A stretch of 64,000 nt of DNA from Bacteroidia bacterium (GTDB lineage Bacteria; Bacteroidota; Bacteroidia; M30B66), in contig OZ257142.1 of the NCBI GenBank assembly GCA_965279035.1, positions 1,536,001 to 1,600,000 on the forward strand, read 5' to 3'. The notes under the pieces were generated by a model. The model was not told the DNA's origin and did not search any database. It saw nothing but the letters and a program-made list of their open reading frames with translations. The translations under genes were made by a program, and so were the position numbers. Within the stretch, counting starts at the first letter, position 1. Each line of letters opens with the position of its first letter. Below, piece by piece: positions 1 through 9,428 of the stretch.

Positions 1-395
1 GGAATACCTTGTAACATAGCGGCTAAACGTGGTGTAGCTCCTCCATTTTCACTTACTTTAATAGATGGATGAACTATAATCGAAATCAAGGCTAAAATAA
101 TGAGTGATAATCCAATCCACATTAGTTTGGAGTCTTTGCGAAAACACATAATCATTCCAATTAAACTTAGAACCGAAATAAAAGAAACGATAGCTAAACC
201 AATATAGAGCGTTGTTGTAGAAGGCATGCCCGATTCTTTCATCGCCATTTCAGCCAATGCTGGCGAAAAAGAACTGATTAAGCCCATTTGTTGGTCAATC
301 TTTTCGATTAAGGATGTGTCGCGCATGATCGGTCCAAATCCGATGAGAATCGTTAGTATGGCGAAAATGATTGATAGAATTTTTAGTGCTTTCAT
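1..395 (-). CDS. Hypothetical membrane protein (3' end runs off window)
   Basis: Own translation from ATG at 395: MKALKILSIIFAILTILIGFGPIMRD...LYIGLAIVSFISVLSLIGMIMCFRKDSKLMWIGLSLIILALISII...; open to the window edge, about 3 hydrophobic helices; absent from the ORF track because it has no stop. Confidence 0.6.
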   Translation of the reverse strand, partial: MKALKILSIIFAILTILIGFGPIMRDTSLIEKIDQQMGLISSFSPALAEMAMKESGMPSTTTLYIGLAIVSFISVLSLIGMIMCFRKDSKLMWIGLSLIILALISIIVHPSIKVSENGGATPRLAAMLQGI

Positions 396-523
396 GGGGT
401 TGGGTTTTTAAATGATTTTCTAAAATATACATTTATTTCTTATGAAAAAAAACGTATTCTGAAATCAAAAATAATACTGAATTCGATTTATCTATCATGT
501 ATATCGATTCTCTTTGTTTTCAT

Positions 524-531
524 TAGTTTTG
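524..531 (+). promoter_or_regulatory. Bacteroidota -7 promoter element (TAnnTTTG)
   Basis: TAGTTTTG lies 4 nt before the ATG at 536. Confidence 0.5.
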
Positions 532-535
532 CTAC

Positions 536-1330
536 ATGTCTGTATCCAACGAAATTAGGCAAGTACAAGTAATACGCTATATCACTCCTTTGCGCGAAGG
601 TGGCTCATTACCTGCTTTAGCCGAAGCCGATGATGGATTTAAATATGTTCTTAAATTCAAAGGAGCTGGACATGGTGTAAAAGCACTCATTGCCGAATTT
701 ATTGGAGGTGAAATAGCACGTATCCTCGGCTTGAAAATTCCTGAATTGGTTTTTGCTCAACTCGATGAAGCGTTTGGACGCACCGAAGCTGATGAGGAAA
801 TTCAAGATTTATTACAAGGAAGCCGTGGACTTAATTTAGGCATGCATTTTTTATCCGGTGCTGTTACGTTTGATCCTGTAGTAACTGAATTAGATGGTTT
901 GTTAGCTTCTAAAATTGTTTGGTTGGATGCATTTCTTACTAATGTTGATCGCACAGCTAAGAACACCAATATGCTTATCTGGCATAAAGAATTATGGTTA
1001 ATTGATCATGGTGCAACCTTATTTTTTCATCATTCATGGGACACTTGGGAAAAGCATGCGCAAAGTCCATTTACGTATATCAAAGAACATGTTTTACTTT
1101 CTCGTGCAGAACAATTAGAATCAGTTGATAAATTATTTAAAGGAATTTTATCGAACGAAATACTACATGATTTAGTTGAGAAAATACCTGAAGAATGGTT
1201 GCAATGGGAGGGAAGCGGACTCAATCCCGAACAGACAAAAGCCGTTTATTTTCAGTTTTTGACGATACGATTAGCACATTCATCCACTTTTGTAAAAGAA
1301 GCCCTCCATGCAAGAGCCACTGGTGTATGA
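536..1330 (+). CDS. HipA-like Ser/Thr kinase (HipA_2 type)
   Basis: REGGSLP loop, YVLK, catalytic NVDR..NTNML and LIDHG motifs; followed by DUF3037. Confidence 0.85.
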   Translation: MSVSNEIRQVQVIRYITPLREGGSLPALAEADDGFKYVLKFKGAGHGVKALIAEFIGGEIARILGLKIPELVFAQLDEAFGRTEADEEIQDLLQGSRGLNLGMHFLSGAVTFDPVVTELDGLLASKIVWLDAFLTNVDRTAKNTNMLIWHKELWLIDHGATLFFHHSWDTWEKHAQSPFTYIKEHVLLSRAEQLESVDKLFKGILSNEILHDLVEKIPEEWLQWEGSGLNPEQTKAVYFQFLTIRLAHSSTFVKEALHARATGV

Positions 1331-1691
1331 ATATTCGGTAATCCGCGTCCTGCCTCAGGTTGAACGTGAGGAATTTTTCAATGTAGGCTTAGTCCTTTTT
1401 TGCAAGCGTCGAAAATATATCCGAATGGCATTTCAGTTCGATGAAGCCAAATTTTCTGCCTTCCAATCAGAACTCACTGCAGAACAGATTTTATCGAATT
1501 TACAGGCATTTGAGCGAATTAGCAGAGGCGATTCTGATGCTGGTCCGATCGCTCAAGAAGAACCAGCAGAGCGTTTTCGTTGGTTAACAGCCGTTAGAAG
1601 TTCCTGTATTCAAACATCCCGTCCTCATCCCGGTTTAAGCATTCATTTGGATGAAACATTCGATAAACTATTCGAAGAATTAGTGAGTTAA
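1308..1691 (+). CDS. DUF3037 domain protein
   Basis: YEYSVIRVLP.VEREEFFNVG and RFRWLTA.RS..IQTS.PHPG motifs; overlaps the kinase stop. Confidence 0.85.
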   Translation: MQEPLVYEYSVIRVLPQVEREEFFNVGLVLFCKRRKYIRMAFQFDEAKFSAFQSELTAEQILSNLQAFERISRGDSDAGPIAQEEPAERFRWLTAVRSSCIQTSRPHPGLSIHLDETFDKLFEELVS

Positions 1692-1692
1692 A

Positions 1693-1790
1693 TTTGGGCG
1701 GTGTCCATGCTTTCACTATTAGTCCTCACGGCATTCCTTCGCTAAGCTTCGGCATGCGTTGCGGGCTAACCGTTCAATCATTACCGCTTT
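1693..1790 (+). ncRNA. Structured intergenic repeat, family A copy 1 (possibly Flavo-1-like)
   Basis: GGGCGGT...ACCGCTT closing stem with inner CCTCAC/GCGGG and GCTAAGC hairpins; homologous to the reverse complement of 35511-35609. Confidence 0.55.
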
Positions 1791-1875
1791 TGTGTTAAAC
1801 CAAAACTCTCTTATAATAAATCTTTATTTATTTCTATCTAGATAAACTTCATTCCGTATAAGGGAATTTTTTCCC

Positions 1876-2781
1876 ATGAGAATCATCAATAATATCAATA
1901 CCCGCGCTTGTAAAAAGTATCCCTTATTAATTCATCGTCATAACGATATGTATCGATATGGAATTCTTAAAGGTTTAGCTGAAAGTACCTTAATGAGCTA
2001 TCGGAATCAACTATCACGTATCGTTTATGAGTGCAATTGCTTTCCCGAAGAACTCAGCAATACTCAATTAGAAGAGTACATATATGAAATTGCAAAAGCC
2101 GATCGTTACAATGGAACTGCAACATTAAAAATGTTTGTCTTTGGAATCCGCTTTTATTTTCGTGCAATAAATCTAGAACAACGTGCGCTGAAATTGCCTT
2201 CATTAAAGCAATCTAACCGAATTCCAGTGGTATTGTCCGAAAATGAAATCACTCGAATCATATTAGCTCATCCCAATCCAAGAAATCGCATTGTACTTGC
2301 TACGTTGTATAGCTTAGGAATGCGTTCTAAGGAATTAGTCAATTTAAAATGGAACGATATAAATTTTGAACGAAAACAAGTAATCATCCAAAAATCAAAA
2401 GGAGGAAATTCCCGAATTTTACCTATGGGAAAGGCACTTTATAAAACGCTCAAGAAATGGAGGAAATACAGTGCAAACGAATTTGTTTTTTTCAATACTC
2501 AAACATTCGAAAAATTAACGACTTCAGCAGTAAAACATATCATAAAAACTTCTGTCCAATTTTCTGGAATTACTCGTAAAGGAATTAGTTCACATGTTTT
2601 TCGACATTCCTATGCTACTCATTTACTCGAAATGGGACTCGATATCGTCAGTGTAAAGAACTTACTCGGCCATTCCCGTATCGATAATACGATGGTGTAT
2701 TTGCACGTTGCTCAAGTCAATCCTCAAGCCGTGTTTTCACCTTTGGATGTTCTAATGGGGGAAAGAAAAAGAAAACGATAA
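1876..2781 (+). CDS. Tyrosine recombinase/integrase with SAM-like N-terminal domain
   Basis: Intact R (GMRSKE), K (KSKGG), HxxR (HVFRH), LGH and Y (TMVY). Confidence 0.9.
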   Translation: MRIINNINTRACKKYPLLIHRHNDMYRYGILKGLAESTLMSYRNQLSRIVYECNCFPEELSNTQLEEYIYEIAKADRYNGTATLKMFVFGIRFYFRAINLEQRALKLPSLKQSNRIPVVLSENEITRIILAHPNPRNRIVLATLYSLGMRSKELVNLKWNDINFERKQVIIQKSKGGNSRILPMGKALYKTLKKWRKYSANEFVFFNTQTFEKLTTSAVKHIIKTSVQFSGITRKGISSHVFRHSYATHLLEMGLDIVSVKNLLGHSRIDNTMVYLHVAQVNPQAVFSPLDVLMGERKRKR

Positions 2782-2787
2782 TCTATT

Positions 2788-3498
2788 TCAATCCCGAACA
2801 CATCTTACTGAAAATCCATTCTTCTTCCCATACGAATAGCGATTGACATTTACATTGGGATAATTGATGTATCGGACATAAGCTGCTGGAACACTCACTG
2901 TTGAAGCAGTCCACCAATATCCACTATTGATCGCATTACTAAAAAATCCTCCATGATCGGCATCGCGCATTCCTCCTGGCAAGGCTGTAAATTCTACAGA
3001 ATTACTAGCTCCAGTATTAGGCATTGCCCACAATTCGGTCGACTTTAAAAGTCCACCTGCAATGCCTTCTCCTCCCAATGAATCTATCAAATTTCCCCAT
3101 TCTGCATCGGTCGATACATGCCAACCAGCAGGACAAACATTTCGCGGATCTGAAACGGTAAAGCCATTATACAACTTCCCATAAATCGAATCATTCACCG
3201 AATTATTCTGATATTTACTAAATGCTCCAGAAGTGATTGAAGCCCATTCGTTATCATTTTGAATTTCAGGAATGCTATCTCCATTTTGGTAATGACTAGT
3301 TTTTATGTTTTCATTCAGCCAGCAAGTACCATAAAGATCCAATACTCGATAGCGATTTCCATCAATATCCATTATTGAATCTGGACAGGGAATCAAGGTG
3401 TTTGTATGATCTTGTGAACTTATAGCAACTGTTTCTTTTTTACACGCTGAATAAATAATGAGTAATAAACTTGTTAGGATAAAAGCAAATCTTGTCAT
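2788..3498 (-). CDS. Lipoprotein with Fibrobacter succinogenes major paralogous (FISUMP) domain
   Basis: Lipobox YSAC; DIDGN.Y, YGKLYN, CPAGWHV, GFSVRCVRD motifs. Confidence 0.85.
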   Translation of the reverse strand: MTRFAFILTSLLLIIYSACKKETVAISSQDHTNTLIPCPDSIMDIDGNRYRVLDLYGTCWLNENIKTSHYQNGDSIPEIQNDNEWASITSGAFSKYQNNSVNDSIYGKLYNGFTVSDPRNVCPAGWHVSTDAEWGNLIDSLGGEGIAGGLLKSTELWAMPNTGASNSVEFTALPGGMRDADHGGFFSNAINSGYWWTASTVSVPAAYVRYINYPNVNVNRYSYGKKNGFSVRCVRD

Positions 3499-3564
3499 TC
3501 GTGTCTTTGATTTATTAAATCTAAATAAACCAAAAATAGAAATAAAATTGATTTTGCTTTAAAT

Positions 3565-4209
3565 CTACCAATACGAAGTATGCTTAGGTGTCCAAATTCT
3601 GAGATTCCAGCCTAGTCCTGCCATAATTCGTATCTCATCTATATTTTTAGGTTTGGGTAGAATGCTGAAAAATTGTCCTTTAATCCCTTGAACTTTGGCA
3701 AAAAAATTAAAGATCGATCCAACATAAAAATTAAAACCCAATTGAGCCGACATTACCGGAACTACCGATAATGGTGTTGATTCCACTCTTTCTTCTCCAT
3801 TAAAACGCACTCTCACTAAGGATATACCGGGTATTAATCCAATGTAAGGATCAAATCGGGCTGGTTTCATAAAGTGATAATTTGCACCAGCAAACAATCC
3901 ATGATTATCAGTAATTCCTAGTTGATTTTTACGTATCGTTTTAAATGAATAACAAATGCTTCCTGTATAGGCAAAACGATTGTCGACAAATAATTCCATT
4001 TCACCATTTAAATAGGCAGCAACTGGTTTTTGAGCACTTAAAAATCCGGCACCTAAATTTCCCTGAGAACGGATATTTCCCGTTCTGAGTTCCCAAATTT
4101 TCTGACTGAATGATTGTCCTTGAATTCCCCAAACGATGAGAATAATTCCTGCTAATTGGCAGAATTTAGGACTTGCTGAAATTAACTTTTTCGGTTCCAT
4201 AGCTTGCAT
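3565..4209 (-). CDS. Outer-membrane beta-barrel protein
   Basis: Signal-like N-terminus, amphipathic strands, FDPYIGL motif, aromatic C-terminus. Confidence 0.55.
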   Translation of the reverse strand: MQAMEPKKLISASPKFCQLAGIILIVWGIQGQSFSQKIWELRTGNIRSQGNLGAGFLSAQKPVAAYLNGEMELFVDNRFAYTGSICYSFKTIRKNQLGITDNHGLFAGANYHFMKPARFDPYIGLIPGISLVRVRFNGEERVESTPLSVVPVMSAQLGFNFYVGSIFNFFAKVQGIKGQFFSILPKPKNIDEIRIMAGLGWNLRIWTPKHTSYW

Positions 4210-4865
4210 AATTTATAGTTAGCACTCAAACTAAACATGAGATGTCCTTCCCAACTGGTATTGTCATGTTTAACAACCGATAGATCACCAGTAGCTCTAT
4301 TTTCTTCTAATTCCACTTCTTTACCTAAATGAAATCCATATTGAGTGGAAAGAGCAAGGTTAAATCGTGGTGTTATATTATACTGACAACCAATTCCGGT
4401 TTGAACCTCAGAAGTAAAGCGATTATTTCGCGATTTACCTGCACCATTTACTGCAATATCGGTTTCATCAAAACAATGTCCTGCAATAATATAAGGTGTG
4501 AATTTTCGTTCAAATCCTTTGGGATCGATAACATAATAAAGCACGCTCCATCCAATATGATAATCGGTACGATGTGCTTTATCTTTTAGATTACTCATGA
4601 ACACATCAGCGTACCATTCGGTATTTATCCGGTTACTGAGTTGTATTCTAAAATGTCCTCCAATACCAGTTCCTACAGAACCTTTTACACCATCATTGAA
4701 TAAACTAACAGTATTTCGCATTCCTGTTGAGAAATTACCGCCTTGTTTTTCATGGAAATCGGTATTTGATCCACTAAATAATCGGGTTCTAGATTGTGCC
4801 TGAACTGTTTCGTTAATTCCTAATAATGCTAGGAAAATGCATCCAATAACCACATACTTCAACAT
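4182..4865 (-). CDS. Outer-membrane beta-barrel protein
   Basis: Signal peptide (VQA-Q), FTPYIIAG motif, amphipathic strands; overlaps the next gene. Confidence 0.55.
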   Translation of the reverse strand: MLKYVVIGCIFLALLGINETVQAQSRTRLFSGSNTDFHEKQGGNFSTGMRNTVSLFNDGVKGSVGTGIGGHFRIQLSNRINTEWYADVFMSNLKDKAHRTDYHIGWSVLYYVIDPKGFERKFTPYIIAGHCFDETDIAVNGAGKSRNNRFTSEVQTGIGCQYNITPRFNLALSTQYGFHLGKEVELEENRATGDLSVVKHDNTSWEGHLMFSLSANYKLCKLWNRKS

Positions 4866-5050
4866 AGTATTTAAGATTGGTGAAGTAGGGCTGTTTCATA
4901 ATGACTTTTTGGTAAAACGACCTCACCTATTTCTTAGTATGATGATGAATAAATATTCTTTATTTTTTTTTGAATTTGTTTTTGAAAGAATTTGGATTTC
5001 ATTTAAATGAATTACTAGTAATTATCAATTCAAAAAAAATAATTCGAATT

Positions 5051-5097
5051 AAAAAAAGCATAAACAAAATTGAGAAAATATCAATTCTGTTTATGCC
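5051..5097 (-). terminator. Intrinsic terminator after the Dps/SHOCT genes
   Basis: Minus strand GCATAAACAGAATTGA-loop-TCAATTTTGTTTATGC followed by T7. Confidence 0.7.
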
Positions 5098-5134
5098 TTA
5101 TTATTCCTAGGAAAATTTCGAATAATTATAAAAA

Positions 5135-5365
5135 TTATTTTGGAAATGTAGCTAAATCGTGCTCTAAAACACTCTTTTTTTCTTGATATTCTGATAATGT
5201 TATTTTCCCAGATGCAAATCGTTTCCTTAGTATTTCCAAGGGATTTTCTTTGGGTTTTCGTTGACCTGGAATGTCATAAGGAATAGCAAAAATCCAGCAT
5301 ATCAAAACAATCCAAGCAATCCACCAGATCAAATTCATTCCCCAATAATAACTGTCGTAAAACAT
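5135..5365 (-). CDS. SHOCT-domain small membrane protein
   Basis: One TM helix then PLEILRKRFASGKIT..EY; ATG at 5365 preferred over the track start. Confidence 0.8.
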   Translation of the reverse strand: MFYDSYYWGMNLIWWIAWIVLICWIFAIPYDIPGQRKPKENPLEILRKRFASGKITLSEYQEKKSVLEHDLATFPK

Positions 5366-5367
5366 GA

Positions 5368-5844
5368 TTAAATCTGTATATGTGAACGAATAAACCAAGC
5401 CATTTTTTCGTGTTCTTCCATCAAGCCTGTGATAAAATCACTGCTGCCTAAATCATGATATTCTTTGGAAAATGCATGAATATTTTCACGTAAAAATATA
5501 ATGATACATTCATGATCAGTAAGCAATTCTTTCAAAAAGGTTTGACTATCATTTTTATCTTGCTTCGATTCTGTTAAATGGGTTAGCTCAAGAAATGATT
5601 TTAAGGTGGCATACGAGTAACAACCTAAAGCACGTGAACGCTCTGCAACGCGATCAATGATGGAATCAAGTAAAGCCGATTGACTATCAAAAAAAGTATG
5701 TTTCTCAAAAAAATCGGGACCTTCAATATTCCAATGAGCATTGCGAGTCTTAGTATATAATACGTATTCATCTGCCAATAAAATAGTTAATTGCTTGGCT
5801 ACCTCAATTCGATTTGTTTCAATAATTCCAATTTCCGTTTTCAT
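5368..5844 (-). CDS. dps: Dps family DNA-protection ferritin-like protein
   Basis: LYTKTRNAHWNIEG..F...H, D.VAER, HEKMAWF motifs. Confidence 0.9.
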   Translation of the reverse strand: MKTEIGIIETNRIEVAKQLTILLADEYVLYTKTRNAHWNIEGPDFFEKHTFFDSQSALLDSIIDRVAERSRALGCYSYATLKSFLELTHLTESKQDKNDSQTFLKELLTDHECIIIFLRENIHAFSKEYHDLGSSDFITGLMEEHEKMAWFIRSHIQI

Positions 5845-5865
5845 TTTTTTTGAAATTTTATTTTA

Positions 5866-5918
5866 AATCCGTAATCCGTAATTGATAATCTGTAATTGAT
5901 AATCTGTAATTGATAATT
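5866..5918. repeat. Heptamer tandem repeat (AATCCGT/AATTGAT/AATCTGT, 7 units)
   Basis: Directly visible between SDR and dps; same family on the opposite strand at 23600-23627 and 35457-35491. Confidence 0.8.
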
Positions 5919-5920
5919 CC

Positions 5921-6667
5921 TCAAGCCATTACTCCACCATCTAAAATCAATTGAGTTCCATTGCAATAACTTGAATCATCAGATGCTAGATAAATAAAAG
6001 CTTTGGCTACTTCTTCAGGAGTGCATAAACGTTGCATGGGAGTTCCAATAATCCAACTTTCATGTACTACGCTTGGAGCTGCTTTTATCAAAGGTGTTTC
6101 AACATAATAAGGACAAATGGCATTGGCTCGAATATGTTGATTTCCATATTGAACGGCAATGTTTTTTGTAATTCCTAATACTCCATGTTTTGCTACAGTG
6201 TAAGGCATTAAACCATGCTCAGCTTTCAAACCACCTAAAGATGACATATTGACGATCACGCCACCACCTTGTTTTAGGAATTGCTGTAATTCGTATTTAA
6301 CACAGTAGAATTGTCCCGTTAGATTCACGGCAATTAATCGATCCCAAACAGCTTCATCTAAATCATGAATTCCAGAATATACTCCTCCAATTCCAGCATT
6401 GTTAAATGCTATATCCAATTGTCCAAATGTTTCAACAGTTTGATTGATTGCCCTTATAACACTATTTAAATTCGTAACATCCAAAGAAATAAATAAACAC
6501 TTTGCTCCTAAATCTGCGAGATCAGCCATGGTATGAATGTGTTCATTTTGCGGTAAATCGGCAATTACCACAATAGCTCCTTCTTTCGCTGCTTCAATAG
6601 CTGATGCCTTGCCAATTCCAGAATTTCCACCGGTGATAAATACTACTTTGTTTTCTAATTTTTTCAT
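5921..6667 (-). CDS. Short-chain dehydrogenase/reductase
   Basis: TGGNSGIG, NNAG, YxxxK (YTVAK). Confidence 0.9.
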   Translation of the reverse strand: MKKLENKVVFITGGNSGIGKASAIEAAKEGAIVVIADLPQNEHIHTMADLADLGAKCLFISLDVTNLNSVIRAINQTVETFGQLDIAFNNAGIGGVYSGIHDLDEAVWDRLIAVNLTGQFYCVKYELQQFLKQGGGVIVNMSSLGGLKAEHGLMPYTVAKHGVLGITKNIAVQYGNQHIRANAICPYYVETPLIKAAPSVVHESWIIGTPMQRLCTPEEVAKAFIYLASDDSSYCNGTQLILDGGVMA

Positions 6668-6745
6668 AATCTTGTATGATTAAATGAAATATAACCTTGC
6701 TCAGAAGATGATAAATCTTCCAAACAAGGCTTTATTTAATTCTAA

Positions 6746-7423
6746 CTAATCAATGAAAGCATAATCGTATTCTACTTCCAATTTATTATCTACATTCCAA
6801 ACTCCAGGAGCGTTCCAAGCAATTCGTTCGGCTTCATTTTTTTGGTAAATTGAAGAAACAGTTCCACTCAATGTTACTTTAGTTCCAGATACATCCACTT
6901 GAATGTCTTTATCATTGATCGACCAATTGCGCGCCAAAGCACTTTCAATATCTTTCTTCTCGATATCTGCTTTAGAATTTGCTTTAATACTAATATTATT
7001 TGTTACTCCAAGAACTCCAGCAACATTGGAAGCCGCTTTTTTCGCTGCATCACGTTGATAATTCCAATTTAATTCTCCACTTAAAGTAATCCATTCTTTC
7101 TCTACTTTCACTTGTACTTGATCATTTGGAATCTCCCAGCGCCATTTAAGTGCGTTCACTACTTCTTTAGCTAATTCCTGTTCTGTTTTTTTCCAAGATT
7201 CGTTGAACTTAATTAGAATATCTTCAACAACCGCTTTAACACCAGCAACATTTTTTGCGGCATTTTCGGCTTCTTGCTTTTTGGTGAAACTATCTACTGT
7301 TCCAGTCAAGGTGATGATTCCATCTTTTGCTATAACACCGATTTCTGCTGCATTTAATAATGGTTCCCATTTAATTGCATCTTGAACTTCTTTTTGCAAT
7401 ACTTCATTCGATTTCATAATCAA
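6746..7423 (-). CDS. Triple BON-domain (OsmY-like) protein
   Basis: Three repeats of the G.(I/V)TL.G.V...A...GV..V.N pattern. Confidence 0.9.
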   Translation of the reverse strand: MIMKSNEVLQKEVQDAIKWEPLLNAAEIGVIAKDGIITLTGTVDSFTKKQEAENAAKNVAGVKAVVEDILIKFNESWKKTEQELAKEVVNALKWRWEIPNDQVQVKVEKEWITLSGELNWNYQRDAAKKAASNVAGVLGVTNNISIKANSKADIEKKDIESALARNWSINDKDIQVDVSGTKVTLSGTVSSIYQKNEAERIAWNAPGVWNVDNKLEVEYDYAFID

Positions 7424-7797
7424 TTTATTTAATCTTATTAAAACAGTTTAACAAGGGGATAAAATTGATATGAATTGAATTTCTGGTTATTGCAAATTGC
7501 TTCTTATTAATTACATAAATCTCATATTATAACAAAGTATTTTTATTTAGAATGAATTAAAATAACATAAGACTTTCTTAGTTTTTTTTTATGTTGAATT
7601 GAAGTTTATACGTAACGATCTTTTATTTAGTAATTAAATGTAGATTGATCGAAGATTTCTTATGCAAAATGCAACTCAAATTTTTCAATAAAGTGTATCT
7701 CATTTATTTATAAAAATTGTTAAACTCACATTTGATTATAAATTATTTTTTACATTAGAATTTCAATTTGCATCTATTTCAGCTAAATCATCTTCCT

Positions 7798-8127
7798 ATG
7801 TCTTACGCAACTATAGTAAACCATACAAAAGTTCAGCAATGGGTGATCAATAATTTTGATCTTCAACGCGTACAACAAGAGCTTCATGTTCTCGGTTTAG
7901 ATTCCGAATCGATGGAAGCGCATATTGTGGCATTTAAAAAGGCCTTACATAAAAAAAGATTAATTACTGGATTTATATTATTAGGTGCTGGAGCGTTTAT
8001 GGGATTTTTAAGTTGTGTTTTATCGATTGTTAATCCTATTCCAAGTTTATATTACTGGATTTTATACGGCTTTACTTCAATTGCTATAACTGTTGCTTGT
8101 TGGGGAATGTATTATGTCTTAGAATGA
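7798..8127 (+). CDS. Small two-TM hypothetical protein
   Basis: ORF with two C-terminal hydrophobic helices; ATG 7798 preferred. Confidence 0.6.
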   Translation: MSYATIVNHTKVQQWVINNFDLQRVQQELHVLGLDSESMEAHIVAFKKALHKKRLITGFILLGAGAFMGFLSCVLSIVNPIPSLYYWILYGFTSIAITVACWGMYYVLE

Positions 8128-8181
8128 AGCAATTGATTCAATCTATTTTCTTCATTTAGGATTTTATGATTTGAATATAGA

Positions 8182-8661
8182 TTACTGATTTCTTTTTAAT
8201 AGTGGGATTTGACATTTTTTCGATATAAAATCTGCTGCTCGATTTCCTTCTTCTGTAAATGCCCAAACAAATAAGTGTTGAATTGGGTAATTTTTCCTTA
8301 TTTCTGAAATAGCTTCTAGACTGAGTTTGGAAGCTATTCCTTTTCTTCTATATTCTTCCAGTACCAAGGCAGAACAGAGATAAATACAATCATATTCTGC
8401 GTGTAAAGGTGTTAACTCATATAGTTGTTTTTCACTAATTTCTTTATTCAAGAATTCGTACATGAGTTTTTGTGTTGTAGGAAACATCAATACCCAACAA
8501 ACCGGACCATCTTCCTCATTCCATTCTGAAACACAAGAGGAATGAATTTTTTCTAAGTGAGCTAGAATATCTTGATTCACATCCAATTGATCCGGATCTG
8601 TCCTTGTCGAGAATACCGAGTCGGCAAGTTGAATTAATCGTTCAAAATTGGAAGTTGACAT
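8182..8661 (-). CDS. GNAT family acetyltransferase
   Basis: VLEEYRRKGIA acetyl-CoA binding motif. Confidence 0.75.
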   Translation of the reverse strand: MSTSNFERLIQLADSVFSTRTDPDQLDVNQDILAHLEKIHSSCVSEWNEEDGPVCWVLMFPTTQKLMYEFLNKEISEKQLYELTPLHAEYDCIYLCSALVLEEYRRKGIASKLSLEAISEIRKNYPIQHLFVWAFTEEGNRAADFISKKCQIPLLKRNQ

Positions 8662-8705
8662 AGTGATTTTGAGCTGATTTAATTAAAATAAAAACATCAT
8701 TAAAT

Positions 8706-9362
8706 TCATTCATTAAAAGTACTTCCAATTGCCCATTCTTGCGGGTTAATGTAAATATATTGAAAAGCTAAGTCTGTTAGAATTATAGCACCATCGATAA
8801 GAATTATTGTTAATGCTGCAATAAAACCAAAAGTTTCTGAATTAGGAATAGTGCTTGCAGCACCAGCAAATGACATTAGTACAGGTGAAATTACAATAAA
8901 AATATCTCCAGCTCTAAATAGTTGCCTAAAGCTTTTTATATCTCTACTGCTAATCTGTAATTCTTTAATACTTGCCCAGCTTACAGTTCGAACCACAGGA
9001 TAGTTTAAGGCTCTTCTTCTTATGTTCTTTTGGCGACGATTTAGTGTTGTGTCACGATTTATTTTCCTTCTAGCATCTCGATATACCGGTGGAATAATAT
9101 GTTCATTTGAAGTTGTATTTATTCGTATTGAATCCCCCGATATACCTGTAATATAGCCATCATTTTTACCTCCATCTTTCCAAAAAATCCGTACTTCAAC
9201 TTCATTCACAGGAAGTATAATTATTCGTTCGGGATTCGATTTCTTTGTGAAAAAAAGAGTGTCTTTTATCGGCGAATCTGATATTTGTGCATGAACTTGT
9301 ATATTTATTAATAGGCTAACAACAAGGAAAAATAATTTGAATCTTCTATTTATTTCTTTCAT
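8706..9362 (-). CDS. Hypothetical exported/membrane protein
   Basis: Signal peptide (VHA-Q), two C-terminal TM segments. Confidence 0.55.
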   Translation of the reverse strand: MKEINRRFKLFFLVVSLLINIQVHAQISDSPIKDTLFFTKKSNPERIIILPVNEVEVRIFWKDGGKNDGYITGISGDSIRINTTSNEHIIPPVYRDARRKINRDTTLNRRQKNIRRRALNYPVVRTVSWASIKELQISSRDIKSFRQLFRAGDIFIVISPVLMSFAGAASTIPNSETFGFIAALTIILIDGAIILTDLAFQYIYINPQEWAIGSTFNE

Positions 9363-9428
9363 TTTCTTAAATTTTATAGCGATTAATTGGCTTGATGTGA
9401 ATCGTTTATTCTTTATTTCAATTAAAAT

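Noticed and set aside
2788-2950. FISUMP C-terminus as a diversity-generating retroelement variable region
   Set aside because: No reverse transcriptase and no template-repeat copy seen in the window; it could only be a remote target.
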